From NCBI GenBank assembly GCA_038065315.1, contig JBBTRF010000002.1, positions 12,021 to 76,020 on the forward strand: a stretch of DNA of 64,000 bases, written 5' to 3'. Positions within the stretch are counted from its first letter, which is position 1; each line of letters starts with the position of its first letter. The DNA comes from Patescibacteria group bacterium (lineage in GTDB: Bacteria > Patescibacteriota > Minisyncoccia > Phycocordibacterales > JBBTRF01). Shown here piece by piece: positions 48,300 through 57,871 of the stretch. Under the pieces are notes generated by a model that saw nothing but the letters and a program-made list of their open reading frames with translations, made no database searches and was not told the origin of the DNA. The position numbers and the translations under genes were made by a program.

Positions 48300-49037
48300 A
48301 TGGCAACAGAACCATTGCAACTCATCAAAAACCTCGGCCTTTCGGACAAGGCAGCAAAAGTGTACCTGGCATGCCTTGAGCTCGGCGAGGCAACGGTCCA
48401 AGACCTCGCCCGCCGAGCAAAACTCAAGCGCACCACTATCTACTACACCCTCGAAGAGCTCAAAGATATTGGCGCAATTTTCCAGACCAAGCGCAATAAA
48501 AAGATCTATTTTCTTCCCGAAGAGCCGGCGAATCTGCTGAAGCATGTGCGCGAGCGCGTGTGGGATGTCGAGCGTTCCATCCATGTACTCGAAGAAAAGA
48601 AGCACGCCATCTTCCGCAAGCCACGCCTGTATTTTCTCTATGGCCCGAGCGGTTTCAAGCATGTCTGGGACATGATCTTTCAATCGAAACAAAAAGAATA
48701 TCGCATCCTCACCGAAGGTGTGAATTTTCTCGATTTCGTGAAGGAGCGCTATATCCTCGACGAGATCATCAAGAACAAAAAGAAGCTTGGCATCTCGAGC
48801 AAGCAGCTTATCGTCGATTCCGAATACGCCCGCGAGATTGTGGAAAAGGATCCGCAGGAAAATCGCCGCTCAAAGATCCTGCCGGCCAAGTATCAACTGC
48901 CATTTACTGAGGTGATCACCAAAGAATTCGTCGCTTTCATTTCGCCGCGCTGGGACAACACGCTTTTTGTCGTGGAAAACGAAGCCTTTGCGCAGACCCG
49001 CCTGGCGGCATTTGAGATGTTGTGGGAGAAGATGTAG
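48300..49037 (+). CDS. TrmB family transcriptional regulator
   Basis: LGLSDKAAKVYLACLELG...KRTTIY..LEEL wHTH, plus a C-terminal PLD-like sensor ending FEMLW. Confidence 0.88.
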   Translation: MATEPLQLIKNLGLSDKAAKVYLACLELGEATVQDLARRAKLKRTTIYYTLEELKDIGAIFQTKRNKKIYFLPEEPANLLKHVRERVWDVERSIHVLEEKKHAIFRKPRLYFLYGPSGFKHVWDMIFQSKQKEYRILTEGVNFLDFVKERYILDEIIKNKKKLGISSKQLIVDSEYAREIVEKDPQENRRSKILPAKYQLPFTEVITKEFVAFISPRWDNTLFVVENEAFAQTRLAAFEMLWEKM

Positions 49038-49072
49038 CGAAAGAAGAAAGTGAAAGAAAAATACGAATAAAG

Positions 49073-49104
49073 AAAAACGCGCGGAGCTTGGGGGCTCCGC
49101 GCGT
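49073..49104 (-). terminator. Intrinsic terminator
   Basis: ACGCGCGGAGC/GCTCCGCGCGT with an A run on +. Confidence 0.75.
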
Positions 49105-49150
49105 CTGCGTTGGTTGTCGAGTGACGATCGATGATGTGTCGCTCCTGGCG

Positions 49151-50209
49151 TCAACTCTCCTTCTCGTCTTTGTCCGTCGCGCGGCGCAACTTCTCGCGGA
49201 GGCCAGGGTAGCGTTTGAGCAATCCCGCAAGATCCCCTCCTTCTGGACCGGACAAGACACCTTCAAGCACAAGGACGTTTTCAGATCCAGACTCATCATC
49301 CTTGCTGCAGGCCACCAAGTGCCAACCGTCTCGGAGGGCAATCGAGTCACTGCGCTCATCGAGCGGATCCATGTGAGCGTCGCGCATCATGGCCCAGGCC
49401 AAGTTGCGGACGATCCGCTCTTGGCGTTCGAGAATTTTGTTCTCGCCCTGCATGCCGTTTTTCGCCCTTTCGAGCTCCCGCAAAAGGGCCTTGCCTTGTG
49501 TGGGGTTATCGGCCAGATTTTCGAGCACTTCAGCGAAGGCTCGGAGGGCTGCGGCTTGGCAGCGGAACGATTGGCACTTGAGTTTGTCGGCCAACCGCCA
49601 GAGCCCTTTGATGCGGCCATCGGTGATGACGGCGATCTTGTCGTCCCCAGATTCCACCTCGCAGCCGAGGTTGTCGTCATCCGGACCTGAACTGTCATCC
49701 GCACCAGACCGCATGAATTGGATGAGTTCGAACATGGTCATCCGGACCTGATGCTCAGGTTTCGTCACGAACGGGTCGGCTTCTGCTGCAGCAGCTGGTG
49801 ACAGGATCTGCCAGGACTCGTCCATGCCGAGGCTCTTGCATGTCGTCAATCCAGGCACTTCCCACCGCGCCATTTCAAAGAAGAGCTGATAAAGCACGTT
49901 GGCTTGATTGGCCCAGTGATCGAAAGAGCGTTGGAACTTTTGGCAATCAACTGTGGTGTGGGTAGCCTTGCCATGAATGGCTGCATGTTGAGCCTCCAGC
50001 TCGGCGAGCATCTCCTTCAGGCTGAAGCTAAGTGTCAGCAGGCCCTGGCTGAATGGCAGCTTGATCTGCCCCCTCGGAATCCAGTCATCACCAAACTTCG
50101 GGATTTTTGCGGGGAAGGGGAGCTGTGCGTTGCTGTCGAGGGCGGCTACATTTGCTAGGAGGCCCATTAAGGCTCCCTTGGTCATCGGACGGGTGGGTGT
50201 TGTCGTCAT
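49151..50209 (-). CDS. Hypothetical protein with a coiled-coil segment
   Basis: ~352-codon ORF between promoter TTGACA-16-TAGTAT (50279-50306) and a terminator. Confidence 0.65.
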   Translation of the reverse strand: MTTTPTRPMTKGALMGLLANVAALDSNAQLPFPAKIPKFGDDWIPRGQIKLPFSQGLLTLSFSLKEMLAELEAQHAAIHGKATHTTVDCQKFQRSFDHWANQANVLYQLFFEMARWEVPGLTTCKSLGMDESWQILSPAAAAEADPFVTKPEHQVRMTMFELIQFMRSGADDSSGPDDDNLGCEVESGDDKIAVITDGRIKGLWRLADKLKCQSFRCQAAALRAFAEVLENLADNPTQGKALLRELERAKNGMQGENKILERQERIVRNLAWAMMRDAHMDPLDERSDSIALRDGWHLVACSKDDESGSENVLVLEGVLSGPEGGDLAGLLKRYPGLREKLRRATDKDEKES

Positions 50210-50347
50210 AGATGTGTCGATGTGCACTGCGTTCACTGCCTGAATTGGCAGGGAGCAACGTTGTATTGTCCGCTCAACATACTACACATTTTCTACAAGC
50301 TGTCAATACTAGAAAGATGTTGCAAATACAGGGTACAATAGCGCTCT

Positions 50348-51973
50348 ATGGCCAAAAAATCGAACACTGCTTTGAGGTCGCAGATCACCCTCATCATCCT
50401 CGACGGCTGGGGTCATCGAGAGGATGCAGAGCACAATGCAATTGCCGCCGCGAAGACGCCGAATTTTACGCGTCTTTGGAAAAACTCGCCGCACGCACTG
50501 CTTCAGGCGAGCGGCGCACATGTTGGCTTGCCGGATGGCCAGATGGGAAATAGCGAGATCGGCCACACCACCATTGGCGCCGGCAAGGTGATCGACACTG
50601 AGCTTGTGCGCATCGGCAAGGCGATCCGCACAGGTGAATTCGACAACAATCCGGCCTTCCTCGCATTGTTTGATCATGTCAAAAAACATCGTTCGACGCT
50701 CCATGTGCAGGGCTTGCTTTCGGACGGCGGCGTACACAGCCACCAGGAGCACCTCTACGCTTTTCTGAAAGCCGCAAAAAAACACGGCGTCACACGTATT
50801 GCTATTCACGCCTTCACTGACGGTCGCGATACGGCGCCGCAGAGCGCGGCGAAATATTTGAAAGATCTTGAAAAAGTCCTCGCCGAGGTCGGTGTCGGCT
50901 TTATCGCCACTGTTTCTGGCCGCTTCTATGCGATGGACCGCGACAACAATTGGGACCGTCTCGCCAAAGCCGAGCAGGCGATGTTTGAATGCAAGGGCAA
51001 TGTCTGCACGGTGAGCAGCGACAAAACCGTATCGGCACACGTGGAGGCGCTGTACAAGCAGGGCAAGCTTGACGAGCATCTAGAGCCGATTGTGTGTATT
51101 GGTCTTGGTGTCGACGGGGCCGAGGTTGCAGGACCTGGCACGAATGGCTGTGCCATCCAGGACAACGACGCCGTGCTTTTCTTCAACTTCCGCGCCGACC
51201 GCGCCCGCATGCTGTCGCAGAAAATGCTCGAGAAGCAGGCGAAGAATAATGTGTGCTTTGCGACGTTCACCGAGTATTCGACTGAATTCAAGTGTCTCGT
51301 GGCGTTTCCGCCGGCGACCATCGAGACGACGCTCGCCGGCGAGATCTCTAAGGCCGGTCTGACCCAGGCGCACATTGCGGAAACAGAAAAATTCCCACAC
51401 GCCACCTACTTTTTGAATGGCGGCCGCGAGGAGCCGTATGCTGGCGAGCGACATATCATGCTCGCGAGCCGCAAGGATGTGCCGACACACGACCTCGCAC
51501 CAAAGATGCGCGCGGAGGCGATCGCCGACAAAGCGATCGAAGAAATCGCAGCAGGTACTGATTTTATTTTCATAAACTTCGCCAATCCCGACATGGTGGG
51601 GCATACAGCCAATGTCCCCGCGATCATTGAGGCAATAGAAGAGACCGACACGCAGCTTGGTCGGGTGATGGATGCGATCGTCGTTCGTGCTGCCAAGGCG
51701 GGCACTACGAATCTTGCGTTCATCACCGCCGATCACGGCAATGCGGAGGTGAATATCGACCCGATCACCGGCACCAAACACACTTCGCACACGCTCAGCC
51801 CGGTGCCGGCGATTTTGTCGGGCAGCGTGGCAAAGGAGGACGGGGCGGCTCAGAGCGTCGCCGCAACTTTGCCACAAATCCACAACGGTGGCCTCTCCGA
51901 TATTGCTCCGACCATCCTCGCGTTGCTACATCTTCCACAGCCTGCGACCATGACAGGAAAAAGTCTGTTATAA
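50348..51973 (+). CDS. gpmI: 2,3-bisphosphoglycerate-independent phosphoglycerate mutase
   Basis: IILDGWG, GQMGNSEIGH, GRFYAMDRD, AETEK, NPDMVGHT, TADHGNAE. Confidence 0.97.
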   Translation: MAKKSNTALRSQITLIILDGWGHREDAEHNAIAAAKTPNFTRLWKNSPHALLQASGAHVGLPDGQMGNSEIGHTTIGAGKVIDTELVRIGKAIRTGEFDNNPAFLALFDHVKKHRSTLHVQGLLSDGGVHSHQEHLYAFLKAAKKHGVTRIAIHAFTDGRDTAPQSAAKYLKDLEKVLAEVGVGFIATVSGRFYAMDRDNNWDRLAKAEQAMFECKGNVCTVSSDKTVSAHVEALYKQGKLDEHLEPIVCIGLGVDGAEVAGPGTNGCAIQDNDAVLFFNFRADRARMLSQKMLEKQAKNNVCFATFTEYSTEFKCLVAFPPATIETTLAGEISKAGLTQAHIAETEKFPHATYFLNGGREEPYAGERHIMLASRKDVPTHDLAPKMRAEAIADKAIEEIAAGTDFIFINFANPDMVGHTANVPAIIEAIEETDTQLGRVMDAIVVRAAKAGTTNLAFITADHGNAEVNIDPITGTKHTSHTLSPVPAILSGSVAKEDGAAQSVAATLPQIHNGGLSDIAPTILALLHLPQPATMTGKSLL

Positions 51974-51980
51974 TCTGTAC

Positions 51981-53036
51981 ATGTCGATACAAGTGCCGAA
52001 TCGTCTGCAGCTTAATTTCTTTTACGTTTTTCTCTTTGTCATTTCGGTTACGTGTGTGTTGATTTTCTTGCCGTACGTGAGCGCGCTTTTCTTGGCACTT
52101 GTGCTGTCGGTCATCTTTAACCCGCTCTATCAGCGAATTCACAAGTACACCTTCAAGACAAATAGCCTGGCCTCATTTATCACGGTACTCATCGTGTCGG
52201 TGCTCATCTTGGTACCGCTCGGCTTCTTGGTGTATTTCCTTTTTCAAGAAGTGAAGGCCGTCTACGGATACTTCACCGACGGTGGTGGCAGTGTGGTGTG
52301 GGCAGACTATCTTGGTCGCGGACAAATGTTTCTCGGGAATATTTTGCCGGACAATTTGGTGCCAGAGACTACTATCGGCGACTTGGAAAATTACCTCAAC
52401 AATTTCTATCAATGGGTCGGAGCTCATTTTCAGACGATTTTCAACAACGCCGTGAGTGTCGCCGGCAACCTCTTTGTCTTTATTCTCGCTCTGTATTTCT
52501 TCTTCCGCGATGGCGATAAATTCAGAAAGATGATCCTCCGTTTGTCGCCGCTCAACGACAAGCACGATGAGACGATTTTGAAAAAAATGGCGGTTTCGGT
52601 CAACTCGGTGGTGAAGGGGTCACTCCTAGTAGCGGTGCTGCAGGGCCTGCTCACCAGCCTCGGTTTCTGGATGTTTGGCGTGCCATCGCCGGTGCTGTGG
52701 GGTATGGTGACCGTACTCGTTTCTTTGGTCCCGGGCGTTGGTACGGCGATCACTATTATTCCCGCTGCCTTGTTCATTGCGCTATCCGAAGGGATGCTGC
52801 CCGCAGCCGGCCTTTTGGCCTGGGGGGTGCTCATTGTCGGTACGATGGACAATTTCCTCCGACCGCTCATTATCGAGCGCGGTATTCCGATCCATCCGTT
52901 TCTCATCTTGCTCTCGGTGTTTGGCGGTCTCGGTCTTTTCGGGGCGATCGGCTTCCTTGTTGGTCCGATCATTCTCAGCTTGCTTTTCGTACTCATGGAG
53001 ATTTATTCGGACGTGGTGTCGCCAAAGGAAAGCTAG
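51981..53036 (+). CDS. AI-2E family transporter
   Basis: Multi-TM; FFFRDG, DNFLRP, HPFLILLSVFGG, GFLVGP. Confidence 0.9.
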   Translation: MSIQVPNRLQLNFFYVFLFVISVTCVLIFLPYVSALFLALVLSVIFNPLYQRIHKYTFKTNSLASFITVLIVSVLILVPLGFLVYFLFQEVKAVYGYFTDGGGSVVWADYLGRGQMFLGNILPDNLVPETTIGDLENYLNNFYQWVGAHFQTIFNNAVSVAGNLFVFILALYFFFRDGDKFRKMILRLSPLNDKHDETILKKMAVSVNSVVKGSLLVAVLQGLLTSLGFWMFGVPSPVLWGMVTVLVSLVPGVGTAITIIPAALFIALSEGMLPAAGLLAWGVLIVGTMDNFLRPLIIERGIPIHPFLILLSVFGGLGLFGAIGFLVGPIILSLLFVLMEIYSDVVSPKES

Positions 53037-53074
53037 CTGGACGGACCCCATGCTCAGTGTGTTATATTGAGTAG

Positions 53075-53983
53075 ATGAAATGGTTTCAAACAACTCGCAT
53101 TGTCACACATAGTGGCAGCTTTCATCCCGACGATTTATTGGCGGTCGCTACACTTCGTGCTGTGCTGAAAAAGCGTGGCGTGAGCCGTGTGAAATTGGTA
53201 CGTACCCGCGAACAATCGGAAATTGCGAAGGCGGATTTTGTCGTGGATGTTGGTGGGGAATATGATCCGTCGCACAATCGTTTCGATCACCATCAGGCGG
53301 CCGGTGCTGGTGCTCGTGCAAACGGTATTCCGTACGCTTCTTTTGGTTTGGTGTGGAAAGCTTTTGGTGTTGAGCTGTGCGGTTCGGAAAAAGTTGCCGC
53401 AGTCATTGACGGTGAATTGGTGCAGGTGGTGGATGCGATCGACAATGGTGTGGAGATTTGCTCTTCGGTCATTGGCGACGTGCACCCATACACCTTCGGT
53501 CACGCACTTTCATCTTTTTTGCCGAGCTGGAAAGAGCTCGCGGATACGAAGGTGACCGCCGACACGGCTTTTGCTAAGGCGCTCGTGTTTGCCGAGGCAG
53601 TGCTGACGCGTGAGATTGCACGTGCGAAAGATGCCGAAGAAGGTCGTGCGAATGTTGAAAAAGCGTATCGTGATGCCGAAGACAAGCGCGTCGTCGTACT
53701 TGATCAATCATATGTATGGGGCGACGTGCTTCGAGTGTATCCAGAACCGCTCTACGTGATCTATCCGCAAGGCGCCGACAAATGGCATGTGAAAGCCGTT
53801 CGAAATGATCCGAATTCGTTCAAAAATCGCCGGGATCTCCCGACGACATGGGCAGGGAAGCGTGATGCCGAATTCGCTCAGTTGACCGGCGTCGCCGACG
53901 CGCTCTTTTGCCACAAAAATCTCTTCTTGGCAGTGGCGGGGTCGCTGGAAGGGGCCAAAAAGCTGGCAAAACTGGCCATTTAA
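53075..53983 (+). CDS. MYG1 family protein (DHH-like exonuclease)
   Basis: THSGSFHPDD, VDVGG, FDHHQ, DAIDNG, FCH. Confidence 0.9.
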   Translation: MKWFQTTRIVTHSGSFHPDDLLAVATLRAVLKKRGVSRVKLVRTREQSEIAKADFVVDVGGEYDPSHNRFDHHQAAGAGARANGIPYASFGLVWKAFGVELCGSEKVAAVIDGELVQVVDAIDNGVEICSSVIGDVHPYTFGHALSSFLPSWKELADTKVTADTAFAKALVFAEAVLTREIARAKDAEEGRANVEKAYRDAEDKRVVVLDQSYVWGDVLRVYPEPLYVIYPQGADKWHVKAVRNDPNSFKNRRDLPTTWAGKRDAEFAQLTGVADALFCHKNLFLAVAGSLEGAKKLAKLAI

Positions 53984-54010
53984 GCGTTTTTGACGTATAG
54001 TGTTGAAACT

Positions 54011-55045
54011 ATGGCCTTTATAGACGATATTGTCATCCATTTGAAGGCCGGCGACGGCGGTCACGGCGTAGTGCGTTGGCGTGCGGAAAAGGGTAAGCCA
54101 AAGGCCGGTGCGGCAGGCGGCAACGGTGGTCATGGCGGCTCGGTGTTTTTGCATGCGATTCGCGATATCGGCGTGCTGGTTCGCTATGCCACCGAGAAGA
54201 AATTTTCTGCTGAAAACGGCCTTTCTGGCATGAAAAAGAGTATGGATGGTCGTGGTGGCAAGGACCTCCACCTTGATATTCCTCTCGGTTCGATTGTCAC
54301 CAATATGACGACCGGCGACGTGTATCAATTTCTGAAAGATGGCGAGGAGATCTGTGTACTCGATGGTGGCCGCGGCGGCTTGGGCAACGAATATTTCAAA
54401 TCATCGACCAACGTCACGCCGCTCCAGCAGACCGACGGCAAAAAGGGGCAGGAGGCGGATTTTCATATCGAATTGCAGCTCATTGTGGACGCTGGATTTG
54501 CCGGGTTTCCGAATGCCGGCAAATCCAGCCTGTTGAACGCGCTCACGAATGCTCGCGCGAAAGTGGCGAGCTATCAGTTCACCACACTAGAACCAAACCT
54601 CGGCGATTTCTACGGCTTTATTTTGGCGGACATTCCAGGACTCATCGAGGGTGCCTCTGAAGGCAAGGGTCTCGGACACAAATTTTTGCGACACATCGCC
54701 CGCACCAAGCTCGTGTTCCATTGCATCTCACTTGAGAATGAAGATATTATGAAGGCGTACAAAACCATTCGCGGCGAGCTCGAGGCATACAGTCCTGAGT
54801 TGGCTGAGAAAAAAGAAATTATTATTTTGACCAAGACCGACGTGCTCACTCCTGAGCAGGTGGACGCTGCGGTGAAAAAGATGAAAAAGCTCAAGAAGGA
54901 TGTGCTCACAGTGACCATTGCCGATGATGCTTCGGTGAAGACGTTTGCCGACAAGCTCGTGGCGATTTTGCGTGCTGAAGAAAAGGCGTTTGCTACTGCG
55001 GCAGAAAAAGCCGCGCTCGAAAGTGAAGGCGAGTTCAAGTTATAG
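54011..55045 (+). CDS. obgE: GTPase Obg (short, no OCT domain)
   Basis: AGDGG Gly-rich Obg fold, GFPNAGKSS, YQFTTL, DIPGLIEGA, TKTD. Confidence 0.95.
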   Translation: MAFIDDIVIHLKAGDGGHGVVRWRAEKGKPKAGAAGGNGGHGGSVFLHAIRDIGVLVRYATEKKFSAENGLSGMKKSMDGRGGKDLHLDIPLGSIVTNMTTGDVYQFLKDGEEICVLDGGRGGLGNEYFKSSTNVTPLQQTDGKKGQEADFHIELQLIVDAGFAGFPNAGKSSLLNALTNARAKVASYQFTTLEPNLGDFYGFILADIPGLIEGASEGKGLGHKFLRHIARTKLVFHCISLENEDIMKAYKTIRGELEAYSPELAEKKEIIILTKTDVLTPEQVDAAVKKMKKLKKDVLTVTIADDASVKTFADKLVAILRAEEKAFATAAEKAALESEGEFKL

Positions 55046-55144
55046 GGCTAAAATAGGGCTCTAAATATGGTTATACACAGCTGGCTTGCTATACTGGGTA
55101 TATTCGTGTATTATTGGGTATAGTTGGTATATAACCAATCACGT

Positions 55145-56215
55145 ATGGAAGAAAATCGCCTCAACAAAAGAATACCACTGTCGCAAGACATCCTGGCTAG
55201 AATTTCTAAAATAGACCAATTCCAGGGTCTTTGGCAGGGCAGTCTTCGTCTTAGCCCGCAGATCCTCGGGCGTCTTAAGGCGTTCGTGATTATCACCTCA
55301 ACAGGTGCCTCGACTCGTATCGAGGGAGCTAAAATGACGGACGAAGAAATCGCTCGCTTTTTGCGCGGTCTTAAAAATCAACCTCCAAAAGGTCGCGATC
55401 AGGAAGAAGTGGCCGGTTATGCCGATCTCATCGCTCGTGTTTTTGATAATTGGAAAACCATCAAGCTCACTGAGGGTTGGATACAGCAATTCCACACCAT
55501 CCTTCTCCAGTTCTCAGAGAAAGACAAAATGCATAAGGGCAAATACAAAGATGGCGACAATACAGTCGTAATGGAGAACGACAAAAAGGAAAATGTTGTG
55601 CTATTTAATCCTACTCATTCGTATCTCGTAAAAGCAGAAATGCTCGCGGCAACCGAGTGGGCAAATGGGCAACTTCAAAGTCGCCAAATCCACCCAATCT
55701 TAGTGATCGCAAATTTCATCTTTGAATTTTTGGCTATTCACCCATTCTCGGATGGTAACGGGCGAGTCAGCCGCGCTCTCACCAATCTTCTGCTCCTTCA
55801 GGCGGGATACAGTTATGTGCCGTATGTATCGCTCGACGAGATCATCGAGCAGACTAAGGTTGATTATTATCTCGCGTTACGCGCAACACAAAAGAACCAT
55901 GGAACTGACCGTGAAGATGTTGCGCCGTGGGTCGACTATTTCCTCACCGCTCTCACCGAACAGACCGAGCGAGCTCGCAAGATCGTGAGCGATGATCAGC
56001 CAGAAAAACTTCTCTCTGAAAAACAAAAAGAGGTCTATCAACTATTCACCGAAGATACAGAAAAGGGCAAGGAAATAGGGGTAGCTGAAATGGTCAGGCT
56101 TCTTAACGGCAGAATTGAAAGAGAAACTATCAAGCAGGCATTGTCCCGCTTGGTGAAATTGAAGCTCCTTGAACGGGTCGGACAAGGGAGGGGGACGCGA
56201 TACGTAAAAATCTAA
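55145..56215 (+). CDS. Fic family protein with C-terminal wHTH
   Basis: HPFSDGNGRVSR active site; STRIEG inhibitory motif; GQGRGTRY. Confidence 0.92.
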   Translation: MEENRLNKRIPLSQDILARISKIDQFQGLWQGSLRLSPQILGRLKAFVIITSTGASTRIEGAKMTDEEIARFLRGLKNQPPKGRDQEEVAGYADLIARVFDNWKTIKLTEGWIQQFHTILLQFSEKDKMHKGKYKDGDNTVVMENDKKENVVLFNPTHSYLVKAEMLAATEWANGQLQSRQIHPILVIANFIFEFLAIHPFSDGNGRVSRALTNLLLLQAGYSYVPYVSLDEIIEQTKVDYYLALRATQKNHGTDREDVAPWVDYFLTALTEQTERARKIVSDDQPEKLLSEKQKEVYQLFTEDTEKGKEIGVAEMVRLLNGRIERETIKQALSRLVKLKLLERVGQGRGTRYVKI

Positions 56216-56263
56216 GAGTGATCAAGAAAGGCGAAATTATCAGAGATATGAGAGAATAGTGGT

Positions 56264-57784
56264 ATGACGAAGTATATTCCCACAATCGGCTTGGAGATAC
56301 ATGCAGAGCTCGCGACTCGGACGAAGATGTTTTGTGCCTGCGCGAACAATACCGACGAAAAAATACCAAATACGAATGTCTGCCCGGTGTGCATGGGACA
56401 TCCAGGGACTTTGCCAGTGATCAACAAGCAGGCCGTGAAGCTCGTGCTCAAAATGGGTGCGGCGGCTGGTGGCAAGCTCGCGGATTTTACCGAATTTGAC
56501 CGCAAGAATTATTTTTATCCCGACATTCCGAAGGGGTATCAGATCAGCCAATACAAATATCCGCTCGTGCAGGGTGGGGAGATTGATGGTGTGGCATTGA
56601 CCCGTATTCATCTTGAGGAAGATACGGCGAAGTCGACTCACGACACTGGTGCGGACAGTTTGGTGGATTTCAATCGTGCCGGCCTGCCGCTCATGGAATT
56701 GGTCACGGAACCGGTGATCCATGATGCGCAGACCGCTTCTCGTTTCGCGAAAGAATTGCAGCTCCTCCTCCAGAGCCTCGGTGCTGGCGAAGCCAACATG
56801 GAGAAAGGCGAGATGCGTGTGGAAGCGAATATCTCCATTGCTCCAGAGGGTGCGACCAAATTCGGCACGAAAGTGGAGGTGAAAAATCTCAACTCGTTTC
56901 GAGCAGTGGAGCGTGCTATCGCGTACGAAATCGCGAGACATACGAAGATCCTTGATGCAGCCGAGCGCGCAAAGAGCGAGGGTGGCGCGGCGTCTGTCTC
57001 GGCTACTGCAGAAAAGATCGTCCAAGAAACCCGTGGTTGGGACGAAAAAACGCAGTCGACATTTTCCCAGCGCGCCAAGGAGGATTCTCACGATTATCGT
57101 TATTTCCCTGACCCAGACCTACCGAAGCTGTACATCAGCGAGATCTCAGAATTTTCTCTCGCGACCCTCAAGGCTGAGTTGCCGGAATTGCCGTGGCAAA
57201 AGCGCGAGCGGTATCAAAAGGTGTACGGTCTCACGCCAAAAGAGGCAGAGATGCTGGTCGGCAGTCCAGAGGTCGGCGCGTATTTTGAAGCGATCTTGGC
57301 CGGCTTGGCTGCCAATGGCACGGCCACGTCGGGTGCGGTTGATCCAAAGAGCGTGAAGCTTGCGGCGAACTATCTTCTTTCCGACTACATCGGCTTGCTT
57401 AAGGCGGCCGCAGTGGAGGGTGAAATCTCGGTCGAAATGTTGGCAAAGATTGCGCCGACCGCTTTCTCCGAGCTGCTGCAAATGATCGCCAATGGAAAGC
57501 TTTCTTCACGCGCGGCAAAAGATATTATTGCCATCATGTATGCCGAAGGCGGTACTCCGCAGGTGATCGCCGATGCACGCGGCCTTATCCAGAAAAATGA
57601 CGAAGGCGAGCTCAAAAAAATCATGGCGGAAGTCATCGCTCAAAATGCCAAAGCCGTCGCCGATTATCGAGCTGGCAAAGCCGCGGCTCTGCAGTCTTTG
57701 GTGGGGCAGGGTATGAAGGCGACAAAAGGCGGCGCGAATCCTGAGATCCTGAAGAAAATAACTCTCGAATTACTCGGCGCCTAG
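56264..57784 (+). CDS. gatB: Asp/Glu-tRNA amidotransferase subunit B
   Basis: IGLEIH, FDRKNYFYPD, HLEED, EVKNLNSF, DYRYFPDPD. Confidence 0.98.
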   Translation: MTKYIPTIGLEIHAELATRTKMFCACANNTDEKIPNTNVCPVCMGHPGTLPVINKQAVKLVLKMGAAAGGKLADFTEFDRKNYFYPDIPKGYQISQYKYPLVQGGEIDGVALTRIHLEEDTAKSTHDTGADSLVDFNRAGLPLMELVTEPVIHDAQTASRFAKELQLLLQSLGAGEANMEKGEMRVEANISIAPEGATKFGTKVEVKNLNSFRAVERAIAYEIARHTKILDAAERAKSEGGAASVSATAEKIVQETRGWDEKTQSTFSQRAKEDSHDYRYFPDPDLPKLYISEISEFSLATLKAELPELPWQKRERYQKVYGLTPKEAEMLVGSPEVGAYFEAILAGLAANGTATSGAVDPKSVKLAANYLLSDYIGLLKAAAVEGEISVEMLAKIAPTAFSELLQMIANGKLSSRAAKDIIAIMYAEGGTPQVIADARGLIQKNDEGELKKIMAEVIAQNAKAVADYRAGKAAALQSLVGQGMKATKGGANPEILKKITLELLGA

Positions 57785-57871
57785 AGTACGACTTATCCCC
57801 ACATTTTGGCCTAAATAAAAGGCGATTTGCGATATAATGACACTAATCAGCATTTAGCCTTTATATCATCC

